Of a DNA stretch of 64,000 bases, positions 36,005-47,307 are shown in pieces. The translations under genes and the position numbers were made by a program. Origin of the DNA: Myxococcota bacterium (GTDB lineage: Bacteria > Myxococcota_A > UBA9160 > SMWR01); NCBI GenBank assembly GCA_036560145.1, contig DATBRV010000120.1:22258-86257 (forward strand), in the 5' to 3' direction. The notes below the pieces were generated by a model. That model saw only the letters and a list, made by a program, of their open reading frames with translations. It made no database searches and was not told where the DNA came from. Each line of letters begins with the position of its first letter. Position 1 is the stretch's first letter.

Positions 36005-37771
36005 ATGCCCCGGAGGCCGTGTATGCGGGCGGGGGCGGACGTGTCTGCGCAGGCGGCGGGGAGCGGCGCGCGCCGCGCCGGCTGGCTCGCGGCCCTGGCC
36101 GGGCTTGGGCTGTTCCTCGCCTCGCGCGCGGCTTCGATCGCCACCACGGCCATCAATTGGGACGAGTTCGCGCTGCTCGACCGCGTCGCGCGGATGGCGC
36201 GCACGGGGGTCCCCGAGACGGGGGGCCGCCCGGGCCTGGCGGAAACGCTGCTGCTCCCGATCGTCTCGGCCTGCTCGGACGAGATCGCGACCGCGCGCAC
36301 GGCGCGCTGGCTCTGGCTCGGCCTCACGCTCTGCTTCCTGATCGGCCTCTTCGCGATGCTGCGCGAGGTGCTACGCGGGCGGCCGCAGCGCAGCCACGAC
36401 GCGCTGCTGGGCGTCGCGCTGCTCGCGCTGGTGCCCGCGTTCCTCGAGTGGTCGCTCCAGGTCCGCACCGACCAGCTGGCGCTCGCGGGCGGCGTCTGGG
36501 GCGGGATGCTGCTGCTGGCCTCGCAGCGCCGCGCGCCGCTCGCGCTCGCCGCCGGGATCCTCTTCGGCGTGGGATATCTCGGCTCGCAGAAGCTGCTCTA
36601 CGCGGCCGCGCTGGCGGGGCTGCTGACGGCCGGACGCGCCTTCCTCGACCGCGACCTGCGCCCGGGGCGCGAGGCGCTGCGCGCGACGCTCTGTCTGGCC
36701 GGCTTCGGGCTGGTCTTCGCGGCCTTCCGCGCGGCCATGGGGGCCGCCTTCGACGTGCCGCCCAGCCATCCGTCGCAGCGCATGCTGACACCGTATCATG
36801 TCGGACGCGCACTCGACGTCTTCGAGTTCTACCGGCATTCGCTCGGCTTCAGTCAATACCGGGCGATGCTGCCGACCCTCTGGCCGCACGCGCTGCTGCT
36901 GGCGGCGAGCGCGGCCGCGGGCCTGCTCGCCTGGCGCAAAGGGCTCGCGAGCCTTCCGACGCTGCTGCTCGCGTTCGGCGTGCTGGCGCTCGGCGCGGGC
37001 ATCGCGGCCTTCCACGCCGGCGCGTTCTTCTACTTCTGGATGACGCTCGGCCTGTTCCCGGCGGCGGCCATCGCGCTCGCGCTGGAACCGATCCGCGAGG
37101 CGCTGCTGCCGGCGCGAGCGCGGCCGCTGGCGGCCGCGCTGCTATGGGCCGCCCTGCTCCTCCCCGGCGCCGTGACGGCGACGCGCCTGCTCGCCGACAC
37201 GCAAGGCGTCCAGCGCGAGAGCCTGGGCTTCATCCGCCGCAACTTCGCCGCGGACGACGCCGGCTTCCATCCGGAGCGCGCGCTCTTCTGCAGCCCGGCC
37301 GAAGCCCCCCTGCCCCTCTACTTCTCGCAGACCATCTTCCGTGACTTCGTCGGGCCCCAGGCCGAGGCGAATCTCGCGCATCTCGAGCAGCGCTTCCGCG
37401 GCGAGCCGATCAAGTTCCTGGTGCAGTCGTTCCGGCTGAACCAGTTCCCGCTCGAGCTGCGGCGGTTCTGGTCCGAGAACTACCAGCCGTACCGGGCCTC
37501 GGTGTTCGTCGCCGGCCGCCATCTCGAGGGCGGGCGCGGCGCCACCAGCGGATTCGAGCTGATCGTGCCGGGCCGCTACCGCTGGCTCCCCCTGGATGCG
37601 CCGCGGAGCGTCCGGATCGACGAAACCCTGCTCGGAGCCGGCGACGTGGTGGCGCTCGCGACGGGTCCGCATACCGCCGGCTTCGTCGAGGACGCGACGG
37701 GCGGGATGCTGGTGCTCGCGCTCGAGGACCCGCCCGGCCCGGCGCCGCTGCCGTTCTACAAGGTGTATTGA
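36005..37771 (+). CDS. polytopic GT-C-type (ArnT/PMT-like) membrane glycosyltransferase, family uncertain
   Basis: About 10-12 TM helices. First extracytoplasmic loop has INWDEFALLD (acidic DE motif). Soluble C-terminal domain of about 170 aa. Alternative ATG at 36023. Confidence 0.55.
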   Translation: MPRRPCMRAGADVSAQAAGSGARRAGWLAALAGLGLFLASRAASIATTAINWDEFALLDRVARMARTGVPETGGRPGLAETLLLPIVSACSDEIATARTARWLWLGLTLCFLIGLFAMLREVLRGRPQRSHDALLGVALLALVPAFLEWSLQVRTDQLALAGGVWGGMLLLASQRRAPLALAAGILFGVGYLGSQKLLYAAALAGLLTAGRAFLDRDLRPGREALRATLCLAGFGLVFAAFRAAMGAAFDVPPSHPSQRMLTPYHVGRALDVFEFYRHSLGFSQYRAMLPTLWPHALLLAASAAAGLLAWRKGLASLPTLLLAFGVLALGAGIAAFHAGAFFYFWMTLGLFPAAAIALALEPIREALLPARARPLAAALLWAALLLPGAVTATRLLADTQGVQRESLGFIRRNFAADDAGFHPERALFCSPAEAPLPLYFSQTIFRDFVGPQAEANLAHLEQRFRGEPIKFLVQSFRLNQFPLELRRFWSENYQPYRASVFVAGRHLEGGRGATSGFELIVPGRYRWLPLDAPRSVRIDETLLGAGDVVALATGPHTAGFVEDATGGMLVLALEDPPGPAPLPFYKVY

Positions 37772-38940
37772 TGCGGGTTGCGCTGCTGACCAACATCCTG
37801 CCGGCCTATCGCGTGCCCGTCTTCCGCCTGCTGGCGGCGACGCCGGGCTGGCAGCTTCGCGTCTTCCTGTCGGAGGGGAGCGCGTGCCCCGAGGCGGCGG
37901 GCTTCGACATCGAGGTGGTGAAGGGCTTCTCCTTCGAGCGCCGGATCGCATCGCGCGGCCGCGGCAGCGTCGCGCAGGTGGTGACCACGCACCTGCCCTG
38001 GGGACTTCCCGGAGCGCTCCTGCGTTTCCAGCCCGACGTCGTGATCAGCGGAGAGCTCGGCTGGAGGACGCTGTTCGCCTACGCGCTCTGCCGCCTGCTC
38101 GGCGCAAAGCTCGTGATCTGGAGCTACCACTCGAAGACCGGCGTCACCAGCGCCGGCCCGGTGCTGCGCGTGGTGCGCCGCTGGCTGCTCGCGCGCGCTG
38201 CGGCCGTGATCGGAATGGGGCGCCAGGCGCGCGAGACGCTGGAGGCGCTCGGGGTCTCTCGCGCGCGCCTCTTCGACGCCCCGAATGCCCACGATCACGA
38301 CGCCTTCCTGCTGGCGCGCGCGCGCGTGGAGCCCGAGGCGGTGCGCCGGGCGCTCGCGGACGAGTTCGGCTGTCGGGATCGGATCGCGCTGGTCGCGGGA
38401 AGGCTGGTGCCGATGAAGGGCGTCGCGCCCCTGCTCGCCGCCTGGGAGCGGCTCCCGGAGAAGATCCGCGAGGACTGGACGCTGCTGTTCGTGGGGAGCG
38501 GCCGGCTCGCGTCGATGATCGAGGAGGCGAGCGCCGCCGAGCCCGACGGCGCGATCGTGCACGTTCCGGAGGTGGAGCCGCTCGAGCTGGTCGACTACTA
38601 CGCGGCGGCCCGGCTGCTGATCTTCGCCTCGCTCGCCGACCCCTGGGGTCTGGTCGTGAACGAGGCCTTCGCCTGCGGCGTACCCGTGCTCTGCTCGCGC
38701 CACGCCGGCTGCGCCGACGACGTGATGCGCCCGGGCGAGAACGGCTGGCTCTTCGATCCCACCGAGCCGGCCGAGTTCGTGTCCGCCCTGCGCGAGGCGC
38801 TCTCCGCCCCTGATCTCGAGCGGCTCGCCCGCGGCGCGCGCGACACCGCCGAGCGTTTCCGGCCCGCCGCGATGGCGGACGGGATGCGCAAGGCCGTGCG
38901 GTTCGCGATCTCCGCCTCCACCGACCGACGCGGGTCATGA
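37771..38940 (+). CDS. glycosyltransferase family 4 (GT-B)
   Basis: RVALLTNILPAYRVPVF N-terminus. C-terminal half with ...DPWGLVVNEAFACGVPVLCS (the E-x7-E region). The ATG overlaps the upstream stop by 1 nt (TGATG). Confidence 0.8.
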   Translation: MRVALLTNILPAYRVPVFRLLAATPGWQLRVFLSEGSACPEAAGFDIEVVKGFSFERRIASRGRGSVAQVVTTHLPWGLPGALLRFQPDVVISGELGWRTLFAYALCRLLGAKLVIWSYHSKTGVTSAGPVLRVVRRWLLARAAAVIGMGRQARETLEALGVSRARLFDAPNAHDHDAFLLARARVEPEAVRRALADEFGCRDRIALVAGRLVPMKGVAPLLAAWERLPEKIREDWTLLFVGSGRLASMIEEASAAEPDGAIVHVPEVEPLELVDYYAAARLLIFASLADPWGLVVNEAFACGVPVLCSRHAGCADDVMRPGENGWLFDPTEPAEFVSALREALSAPDLERLARGARDTAERFRPAAMADGMRKAVRFAISASTDRRGS

Positions 38941-39569
38941 AGCTCCATCTCGGGTGCGGGGCGCAGACACCCGAGGGCTGGGTCAACGTCGACTACTTCA
39001 TCGGCGCGCGCCTGGCGCGCATCCCCGTGCTGGGATGGCTGGTCCGCCAGAGCGGCGCGTTCGATCTCCGCTGGCCGGCCGACGTGTTCCTGCACGATCT
39101 CCGCCGCCCGTTTCCCTGGCCAGACGCGTCGGCGCACGCGATCTACGCCTCGCACCTGCTGGAACACCTCACCCGGGAAGACGGCGCCCGCTTCCTGCAC
39201 GAGTGCCATCGCGTGCTCGAGCCCGGGGGCATCCTGCGCGTCGTGGTTCCCGACCTGAGGGCGATCGTGGACGCCTATTGCGCGGGAAGCTCGTCGTCGC
39301 TCGACTTCGTCGAGCGCCTGGGTGTCTGCGCCGAAGCCCCCAGCGACGGCCGGCTGAAGCGCCTGCTGGCGCCCTGGTTCCGGTTCCCACACCGCTGCAT
39401 GTACGATCGCCAGTCCCTGCTCGGCTGCCTTTGCGAAGCGGGCTTCGAGGCGACGACGCGGGCGCCGTTCGAGAGCCGGATCGACGATCTGCGCGCGGTC
39501 GAGAGCCAGGCCCGGACGACGGGCGCCGTGATCGCCGAAGGCAGCAAGCCGGCAGCCGCCGCCGGCTAG
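38937..39569 (+). CDS. class I SAM-dependent methyltransferase
   Basis: KLHLGCGAQTPEGWVNVD, IYASHLLEHL, VLEPGGILRVVVPD. ATGA overlap with the upstream GT4. Confidence 0.8.
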   Translation: MKLHLGCGAQTPEGWVNVDYFIGARLARIPVLGWLVRQSGAFDLRWPADVFLHDLRRPFPWPDASAHAIYASHLLEHLTREDGARFLHECHRVLEPGGILRVVVPDLRAIVDAYCAGSSSSLDFVERLGVCAEAPSDGRLKRLLAPWFRFPHRCMYDRQSLLGCLCEAGFEATTRAPFESRIDDLRAVESQARTTGAVIAEGSKPAAAAG

Positions 39570-40753
39570 AGGCGCGCCGTCCCGCGCGCGCCAACCTCGC
39601 GGGCGAGGCGGTACAAGGAGAGCAGGCGCGCGACGCTCCGGTCGGGCCCGAGCTCGTCCTCGTAGCGCGCGCGCGCCTCGCGGCCCATCGCCTCGGCGCG
39701 CGCGGGATCCGCGGCCAGCTCGCGGCACGCCTGCGCGAGCGCGCGCGCGTCGCCGCTGGGAAAGAGCAGCCCCGTGCGCCCCGGCTCCACCAGCTCGGCC
39801 ATCGCCGTCGGGTGGGAGGCGACGGCGGGCTTGCCGGCGGCCATCGCCTCGGCGACCGCCAGCGGGAAGTTCTCGTAGCAGATCGAGGGCGCCACCAGGA
39901 ACAGCGCCTCACGGAGCTGCTCGCGCACCCCCTCCGGCGGAAGCTGGCCGGTGAAGCGCACGCCGGGAATCCCCACGCCGAGCTCGCGCAGCTCCGCCGC
40001 GAGCGGTCCCGAGCCGACCACCGTGAGCGGCAGCCCGGCCATCTCGCGCCAGGCCTCGAGCAGCAGGCGCGGGCCCTTCTCCTCGGAGAGGCGGCCGACG
40101 TACACCGCGCCGCGACCGCCGAAACGGGGCTCCCCGGGATCGGCCACCGGGTTCGGCTTGACCACGACCTTGACCGGGTCGAGTCCCGCCGCCACCAGCT
40201 TGCTCCGCGCGAACTCGCTGGGGGCCACGAAGAGCGCGACGCAGCGCTCGAAGGTCCGCCGGCGCCGCTCGCGCGCGGTCGCCTCGGCCCAGACCGCCGT
40301 CTGCACGCGCGAGCCCCGGTAGCAGCCGTGGCGCACCGCGTTCCAGGGCCCCGCGGTGACGCAGTCCTCACAGGGCCTCCCCTCGCGCAGGAAGGCGCCG
40401 TTCGCGCAGAAGAGCCTGTAGTTGTGGAGCGTCTGCACCACCGGGATGCCGCGCGCGTGCAGCGCCTCGTGCGCGGCGGGCGTGAGCAGGGGAAAGAAGT
40501 TGTGCACGTGGGCCACGTCGATCGGATGCGCGTCCAGGAACTCCCCGACCCGGCGCGCGGACTCGGCGCTGCCCCGCACGCGCAGCCCGGCGCGCAGCCT
40601 TCCCGCCAGCGAGCCGAGCCGGGCCTCGCGGTTGTCGAGCGTGAAGAGATCCACCTGGACGCCGGCCTTGCGCAGCAGCTCGGCCTCCAGCGCCACCACG
40701 GCGTCCTCGCCTCCGCGCCAGACGTACAAGTTATGGAAGATGCCGACGCGCAC
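39566..40753 (-). CDS. glycosyltransferase family 4 (GT-B)
   Basis: GTG at 40753 (VRVGIFHNLY...). GRLSEEKG, and ENFPLAVAEAMAAGKPAVAS (E-x7-E). The upstream part of the 630-aa track ORF overlaps the sugar-transferase gene in another frame. Confidence 0.8.
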   Translation of the reverse strand: MRVGIFHNLYVWRGGEDAVVALEAELLRKAGVQVDLFTLDNREARLGSLAGRLRAGLRVRGSAESARRVGEFLDAHPIDVAHVHNFFPLLTPAAHEALHARGIPVVQTLHNYRLFCANGAFLREGRPCEDCVTAGPWNAVRHGCYRGSRVQTAVWAEATARERRRRTFERCVALFVAPSEFARSKLVAAGLDPVKVVVKPNPVADPGEPRFGGRGAVYVGRLSEEKGPRLLLEAWREMAGLPLTVVGSGPLAAELRELGVGIPGVRFTGQLPPEGVREQLREALFLVAPSICYENFPLAVAEAMAAGKPAVASHPTAMAELVEPGRTGLLFPSGDARALAQACRELAADPARAEAMGREARARYEDELGPDRSVARLLSLYRLAREVGARGTARL

Positions 40754-40764
40754 CCCCGGCCCCG

Positions 40765-42150
40765 CTAGAAGGCGCCGCGGCGCGAGAGCACCGCGCCGAT
40801 CGTGCGCAGCAGGATCGAGAGGTCGAGCGCAACGCCGCGGTTGCGGATGTAATAGAAGTCGTACTGGAGGTTCGCGTGCATCGGCAGATCCTTGCGCCCG
40901 AGGATCTGCCACAGCCCGGTGAGCCCCGGCTTGACCGTGAGCCGCCGCCGCTGCCACTCGTCGTAGCCCGCGACGATGAAGGGCATCTCGGGGCGCGGCC
41001 CGACCAGCGACATCTCGCCGCGCAGCACGTTCCAGAGCTGCGGAAGCTCGTCGAGGCTCGAGCGCCGCAGCCAGCGCCCGACCGGGGTGATGCGCGGATC
41101 GTCGCCGGCCTGCGGCGCCACGGTGTAGGGATCCGCGTCCTCGCGCAGCGTGCGCAGCTTGTAGCAGGTGAAGGGCCTGCCGTGCAGGCCGACCCGCGTC
41201 TGCGCAAAAAAGGCGGAGCGCGCGCCACTGCGGCGGATACGCCAGACGCAGGCGAGCAGGAGCGGCCCGGCGAGGAGCAGGCCGAGCGCCGCGCCGATCA
41301 GGTCGAGCCCGCGCTTGATCGGCGCGTACAACGGATTCGGGCGGTCGCGGCCGAGCTGCACCAGCGGCAGATCGTCGACGAGATCGAGCGGCGAGCCGGC
41401 CGTCAGCACCTCGAAGAGATTCGTCACCACGCGGAACGTGATCCCGAGGTCTTCGCATTCGAGCACGAGTGACAAGAGCCGGGTGTGACCGAGCGACGGC
41501 ATCGCGACGAAGATCTCGGCGACGCCGTGCGCCACCGCGATCTCGCGCAGCTCGTCCACGTGGCCGAGCACGGGCCGGTTCGCCACGTCCTTCCCGGTGG
41601 TGTCGTGCGTGTCGTCGAGGAAGCCGACCACGCGGTAGCCGGTCTCCGGGTGGTCCTGGAGCTTCTGTAGCAGCCGGATCGCGGCCACGCCGGTGCCGGC
41701 GATCAGCACCCTCACGTCGTGCTCGCCCGAGCGGCGCATGCGCTTCTCGATCCGGTGGAAGACCACGCGGCTCGCGCCCTGCAGCACCAGGTTCATGCCC
41801 GCGGCGGCCAGCACCACGAAGCGCCCGAAGTGAAGCTCCTTGACGAAGAAGCCGATCGCGGCCAGCACGAGCAGACCGAGCGCCACGCCGCGCAGCAGGC
41901 GCTGGAGCTCGTCGACCACCGTCTTCATGCGCTGGCTGGCGTAGATGCCGAAGAGCCAGCAGGTGAAGATCCAGGGGCCCACCACGATCGGGAGCGCGCG
42001 CACGTACCAGCTGAAGGGGTTGATGGCGCGGCCGAAGGCGTCATCCAGCGCGTAGCGCAGGCCGTAGGCGGCCAGCCAGCCGAGCGAGACGAGGGCCGCG
42101 TCGGCGAGCAGGTGCACGCGCCGCAAGGCCTGGATCTCGAGCCTGCGCAT
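40765..42150 (-). CDS. polyprenyl-phosphate hexose-1-phosphate transferase (WbaP/EpsB-type bacterial sugar transferase)
   Basis: N-terminal TM helices, a central Rossmann-like segment (VLIAGTGVAAIRLL), and a C-terminal catalytic domain DELPQLWNVLRGEMSLVGPRPE...KPGLTGLWQ. Confidence 0.9.
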   Translation of the reverse strand: MRRLEIQALRRVHLLADAALVSLGWLAAYGLRYALDDAFGRAINPFSWYVRALPIVVGPWIFTCWLFGIYASQRMKTVVDELQRLLRGVALGLLVLAAIGFFVKELHFGRFVVLAAAGMNLVLQGASRVVFHRIEKRMRRSGEHDVRVLIAGTGVAAIRLLQKLQDHPETGYRVVGFLDDTHDTTGKDVANRPVLGHVDELREIAVAHGVAEIFVAMPSLGHTRLLSLVLECEDLGITFRVVTNLFEVLTAGSPLDLVDDLPLVQLGRDRPNPLYAPIKRGLDLIGAALGLLLAGPLLLACVWRIRRSGARSAFFAQTRVGLHGRPFTCYKLRTLREDADPYTVAPQAGDDPRITPVGRWLRRSSLDELPQLWNVLRGEMSLVGPRPEMPFIVAGYDEWQRRRLTVKPGLTGLWQILGRKDLPMHANLQYDFYYIRNRGVALDLSILLRTIGAVLSRRGAF

Positions 42151-42290
42151 CGCGGACGGGTCCCCCCGTTCTGCATCGGAGCCGGGGGGCCTCGGCTTGA
42201 GGCAGAAGACCCGCGGGAGTGCGCAAGAAACCAAGGGAAAGCTGCGGATTCCGCCTCAACTGCAAGGCGCCGCGGGCCGATGCGTTCCGC

Positions 42291-43151
42291 ATGTCGATGC
42301 CTGCGCCCACGTCCCGGGTGGTGATCGAGCCCCAGGCGGGCTGGGCTCCCCTGGGTCTTCCGGAGCTCTGGCGCTACCGCGAGCTGGTCGGCTTCCTCGC
42401 ACTGCGCGATCTCAAGGTCCGCTACAAGCAATCGGCGCTGGGTGCGGCCTGGGCGGTGCTCCAGCCGCTGCTCACGCTGGCGGTGTTCACGGGGCTCTTC
42501 GGCGCGCTGCTCGGCGCGGACCGCATGCCGGGCGCGCCGGGCATCCCTTACGCCGTCTCGACCTTCTGCGCGCTGGTGCCCTGGCAGCTCTTCGCGCGCG
42601 CCGTCAGCGCGGGCAGCGAGAGCGTGGTCGTGAACCAGGCGCTGGTGACCAAGGTCTACTTCCCGCGGCTGGCGGTGACGCTCGCGCCGGTGCTGGCGGC
42701 GCTGGTCGACTTCGCGCTCGCCTTCGCGGTGCTGCTCGGGATGCTCGCCTGGGCGGGGATCGCGCCGGGCGCCGCGGCGCTGCTGATCGCGCCGCTCGTG
42801 CTGCTCACACTGGTCGCGGCGCTCGGCATCGCGCTCTGGCTCGCCGCCGTGAACGCGCTCTACCGCGATGTGCGACTGGCGCTGCCGTTCGTCGTGCAGA
42901 TCTGGATGCTGGTCACGCCCGTCGTCTACGCCTCGCAGAGCGTGCTGGAAGGGCGCGCACCGTGGGTCGCGGGGGTCTACGCGCTCAATCCAATGGCGGG
43001 CGTGGTCGAGGGCTTCCGCTTCGCGCTGCTCGGCGTCGGCGAGCCGCCGCTGCGGCCGCTCGCGATCTCGCTTGCGGTCAGCACCTGTCTGCTCGCGAGC
43101 GGGCTGGTCGCCTTCCGGCGCCTCGAGCGCCGCTTCGCGGACCGGGTCTGA
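42291..43151 (+). CDS. wzm: ABC-2 polysaccharide export permease
   Basis: LWRYRELVGFLALRDLKVRYKQSALGAAWAVLQPLL is the characteristic Wzm/TagG/KpsM N-terminus. Six TM helices. Confidence 0.85.
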   Translation: MSMPAPTSRVVIEPQAGWAPLGLPELWRYRELVGFLALRDLKVRYKQSALGAAWAVLQPLLTLAVFTGLFGALLGADRMPGAPGIPYAVSTFCALVPWQLFARAVSAGSESVVVNQALVTKVYFPRLAVTLAPVLAALVDFALAFAVLLGMLAWAGIAPGAAALLIAPLVLLTLVAALGIALWLAAVNALYRDVRLALPFVVQIWMLVTPVVYASQSVLEGRAPWVAGVYALNPMAGVVEGFRFALLGVGEPPLRPLAISLAVSTCLLASGLVAFRRLERRFADRV

Positions 43152-43155
43152 CGCG

Positions 43156-44405
<1,250 letters not shown>

Positions 44406-44409
<4 letters not shown>

Positions 44410-46046
44410 GCGGCATCCTCGGCCAGGTCGAGACGCAGCGGGCGGTCGATCCGGACGCTTTCGCGCGCATGCTCGGAGCGCTCGCCACGCGCGGCCCTGG
44501 CGGGGAAGGCACGCGCGTGCTGCACGGCAGCCGGGTCGTGCTGGGACACCGCCGGCTCGCGATCCCGGACCGCGCGGGGAGCGCCGCCCAGCCGATCTCG
44601 AACGCGTGCGGCACGCTGTGGCTGACGTTCGACGGCGAGATCTACAACTTCCACGAGCTCGGCAAGCAGCTCGCGGCCGAGGGTCACGCCGTATGCTCCG
44701 GCTCCGACGCGGAGGTGGTGCTGCACGCCTACGCCGAGTGGGGGGACGACTGCCTGCTCCGGCTGCGCGGGACCTTCGCCTTCGGACTCTGGGACACCCG
44801 GCGCGAGCGACTGCTGATCGCGCGCGACCGGCTGGGCGTGAAGCCGCTCTACTACCTCGCCGAGGGCGGAGGTCTGACCTTCGCCTCCCAGCCGCGCGCG
44901 ATCCTCGAGCACCCGCGGGCTCGCCGCGAGGTCGATCCGATCGCGTTTCGTCACTGCCTTGCGTACGGCCAGCCCCGGGACGATCGCACGGTCTGGGCGG
45001 GGATCGCGAAGCTACCCCCCGGCCACCGGCTGGTGCTCGACCGCCGCGGGCTGCGCAGCGAGCGCTACTGGGAGATCCGCTACGCGCCGAGCGTGTTCAA
45101 ACCGGCGGATGCCGCGCGCCTGGTGCGCGCCAAGCTCGAAGAAGCCGTGCGCCTCCAGCTCGCGAGCGAGGTCCCCATCGGCGTCCACCTCTCGGGCGGC
45201 ATCGCCCCGCCCACGATCGCGGCGATCGCGATGTGCGCGCTCGAGCGCAAGCTGCCGAGCTTCGAGATCGGCATCGGCGAGGGAGACGGGGCGGCGCGCC
45301 GGGGCACGCCGCTCGTGAGCCGTCACTTTACCGCTCCGGCGCACGAAGCGCGGATGTCGGCGGAGGCGGCCGCCTGCCTGCTGCCGGAGCTGATCGCAAT
45401 CTCCGACGAGCCCTGCTTCGGCGACGCTGGCCTCCACACGCTGGCGGCGTCCCGCCTCGCGCGCTCCCAGGGCGTTGGCGTGATGCTCGGCAGCGGCGGC
45501 GCGGACGAGGTCTTCGCCGGCCACGCCGGCTACGAGGGCGCCTCGCCGAAGCCGAAGTGGCCATGGCGCCGCCTTCGGGGCGCCGCCGCCCTGCCGCGCG
45601 TGACGCGGCTCCAGCTCGCCGACCTGAGCACGTCGCTAGCCGGGGACCTCCTGCCCCAGATCGACCGCGCGAGCCTGGCCGGCGGCGTCGAAATACGCCT
45701 GCCGTTCCTGGACCACGAGCTCGTCGAAGCCGCCTTCACGATCGACAGCCGCGTGCTGTTCGCCGAGGGCGAACGCCTGGCGCTACTCAAGCGCGCCGCG
45801 GCGAGCTGGCTTCCGCCCGAGGTGCTGGCCGATTCCCACTCGGCGGGCGACACAGCGCTGGATGCGCGATGGCAATCGACCGCCTCGTCGCTGCTGCCCG
45901 ACGGCGTGCTGGTTTCGCGCGGCCTGCTCGAGCGCGACACGATCCTCGCGCTGCTGGCCTCCGAGCGCCCGGCCGAGACCCGGTTCCTCGCGCGAGCAGA
46001 GCTGTGGGCGCGCCACTGGCTCGAGCCTGCGAGCGGGGCCGCGTGA
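44406..46046 (+). CDS. asparagine synthase (AsnB)-family protein with degenerate glutaminase nucleophile and PP-loop
   Basis: Collinear with AsnB (GHRRLAI, FDGEIYNFHEL, DRLGVKPLYY). It starts V-S-G-I instead of M-C-G-I. The PP-loop reads SGGIAPP instead of SGGLDSS. GTGA overlaps at both ends. Confidence 0.8.
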
Positions 46047-47239
46047 GGGCGCGACACCGGATCGCCTTTCTCACCACCGAGTTCGCGAGCGAGGGCGGGC
46101 GTGGGGGCGGCCTCGCGAGCTACCTCGCGCGCATGGCGCAGGCGCTGCGCGACGCCGGCCACGAGCCCGAGGTCTTCGTGCTCTCCGCGCAGATGCCGGG
46201 CGTTCTCGATCACGCCGGTGTGCGCGTCGAGCGCGTGCGACGTGCCGACCGCCATCCCGCCGTGCGCGCCGCGCGGCGCTTGCTGCTCGCGCTCGGCCTC
46301 GCGCGGCTGCTTCCGACGCTGCACGTCGTCGCAGGTGCGCTGGCGCTCGCGCGCGCGCTCGAGGCACGCGACGCACAGCGCCCCTTCGACGCCGTGCAAA
46401 GCGCTGACTACCTCGCCACGGGCCTCTTCGTCGCGCGGCGCGCCCGGCGCCCGCACCTGGTCCGCTGCAGCTCGGCGAGCGATCTCTGGGCCGAGGTCGA
46501 CGGCGACCGGCGGCTCGCACGACGCCTCGAGGCCTGGCTGGAACGCGTCTCGAGCCGGCGCGCCGACGTCGTGTATGCCCCGAGCCGGTTCATCGCCGCC
46601 CACCTCTCCCGCCGGCTCGCTCGCGAGGTGCGCGTGCTCCGCCCGCCGGCCTTTCTCGAGACAAAGCCCGCACCGCAGCCGCCCCGCGCGCTGCCCCCGC
46701 GCTTTCTGCTGCACCTCGCCAAGCCCTCGCGCGTGAAGGGCACGCACCTGCTCGCCGCGGCGCTTCCCGAGGTCTGGGCGCAGGAGCCGGCCCTCACGCT
46801 GGTGTATGCGAGCAGCGCGCGCGCGCCGGAGCTCGATTGTCTGGACGCGGGCGGGTGCGCTTCCGCCTCGCGGGTGGTTGCGCTGGGCCCGCTCGAGAAG
46901 CCGGAGCTCTACGCCTGCCTCGCGCGCGCCGAGGCCCTGGTGCAGCCGTCGCTGGCCGACAACCTCCCCAACGCCGTGATCGAGAGCCTCCTGCTCGGGA
47001 TTCCCGTGGTCGCCTTCGCCGGCGCGAGCCTCGACGAGCTGATCGAGCCCGGCGCGACCGGGGAGCTGGTTCCGATGGGGGACGCCGACGCGCTCGCCGC
47101 CGCGCTCCTGCGCGTCTGGCGCGGCCAGGCTGCCGCCCGCCGCGGCTTCACCTGGGGCGGGGCGCTGGCGGCGGAGATGCGTCCGGATTGCGCCGTGGCG
47201 CGCCTGCTCTCGCTCGCCGGCCTCCGCGCCGAAACCTGA
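46043..47239 (+). CDS. glycosyltransferase family 4 (GT-B)
   Basis: IAFLTTEFASEGGRGGGLASYLARMA N-terminus. C-terminal ADNLPNAVIESLLLGIPVVA (E-x7-E-like). Confidence 0.75.
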   Translation: MRARHRIAFLTTEFASEGGRGGGLASYLARMAQALRDAGHEPEVFVLSAQMPGVLDHAGVRVERVRRADRHPAVRAARRLLLALGLARLLPTLHVVAGALALARALEARDAQRPFDAVQSADYLATGLFVARRARRPHLVRCSSASDLWAEVDGDRRLARRLEAWLERVSSRRADVVYAPSRFIAAHLSRRLAREVRVLRPPAFLETKPAPQPPRALPPRFLLHLAKPSRVKGTHLLAAALPEVWAQEPALTLVYASSARAPELDCLDAGGCASASRVVALGPLEKPELYACLARAEALVQPSLADNLPNAVIESLLLGIPVVAFAGASLDELIEPGATGELVPMGDADALAAALLRVWRGQAAARRGFTWGGALAAEMRPDCAVARLLSLAGLRAET

Positions 47240-47307
47240 CCGAATCAAGATTCACCCGCGCATTTCCGATGTTCGGTGGGGGAGTTGCACGGGAGAGCCA
47301 GGCCCGC

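Noticed and set aside
39566-39569. Overlapping convergent stop codons sharing the palindrome CTAG (methyltransferase TAG and GT4 TAG).
   Set aside because: This is a curiosity of tight convergent packing, and I see no evidence of function. Similar small convergent overlaps occur at 14234-14241 and 30731-30753.
47274-47289. Sigma-54-like sequence CGGTGG-GGGAG-TTGCA upstream of the fusion gene.
   Set aside because: Only the GG and TTGCA fit, and the -24 hexamer is poor. The implied start site (about 47300) would lie downstream of the GGGAGAG ribosome-binding site for ATG 47308.
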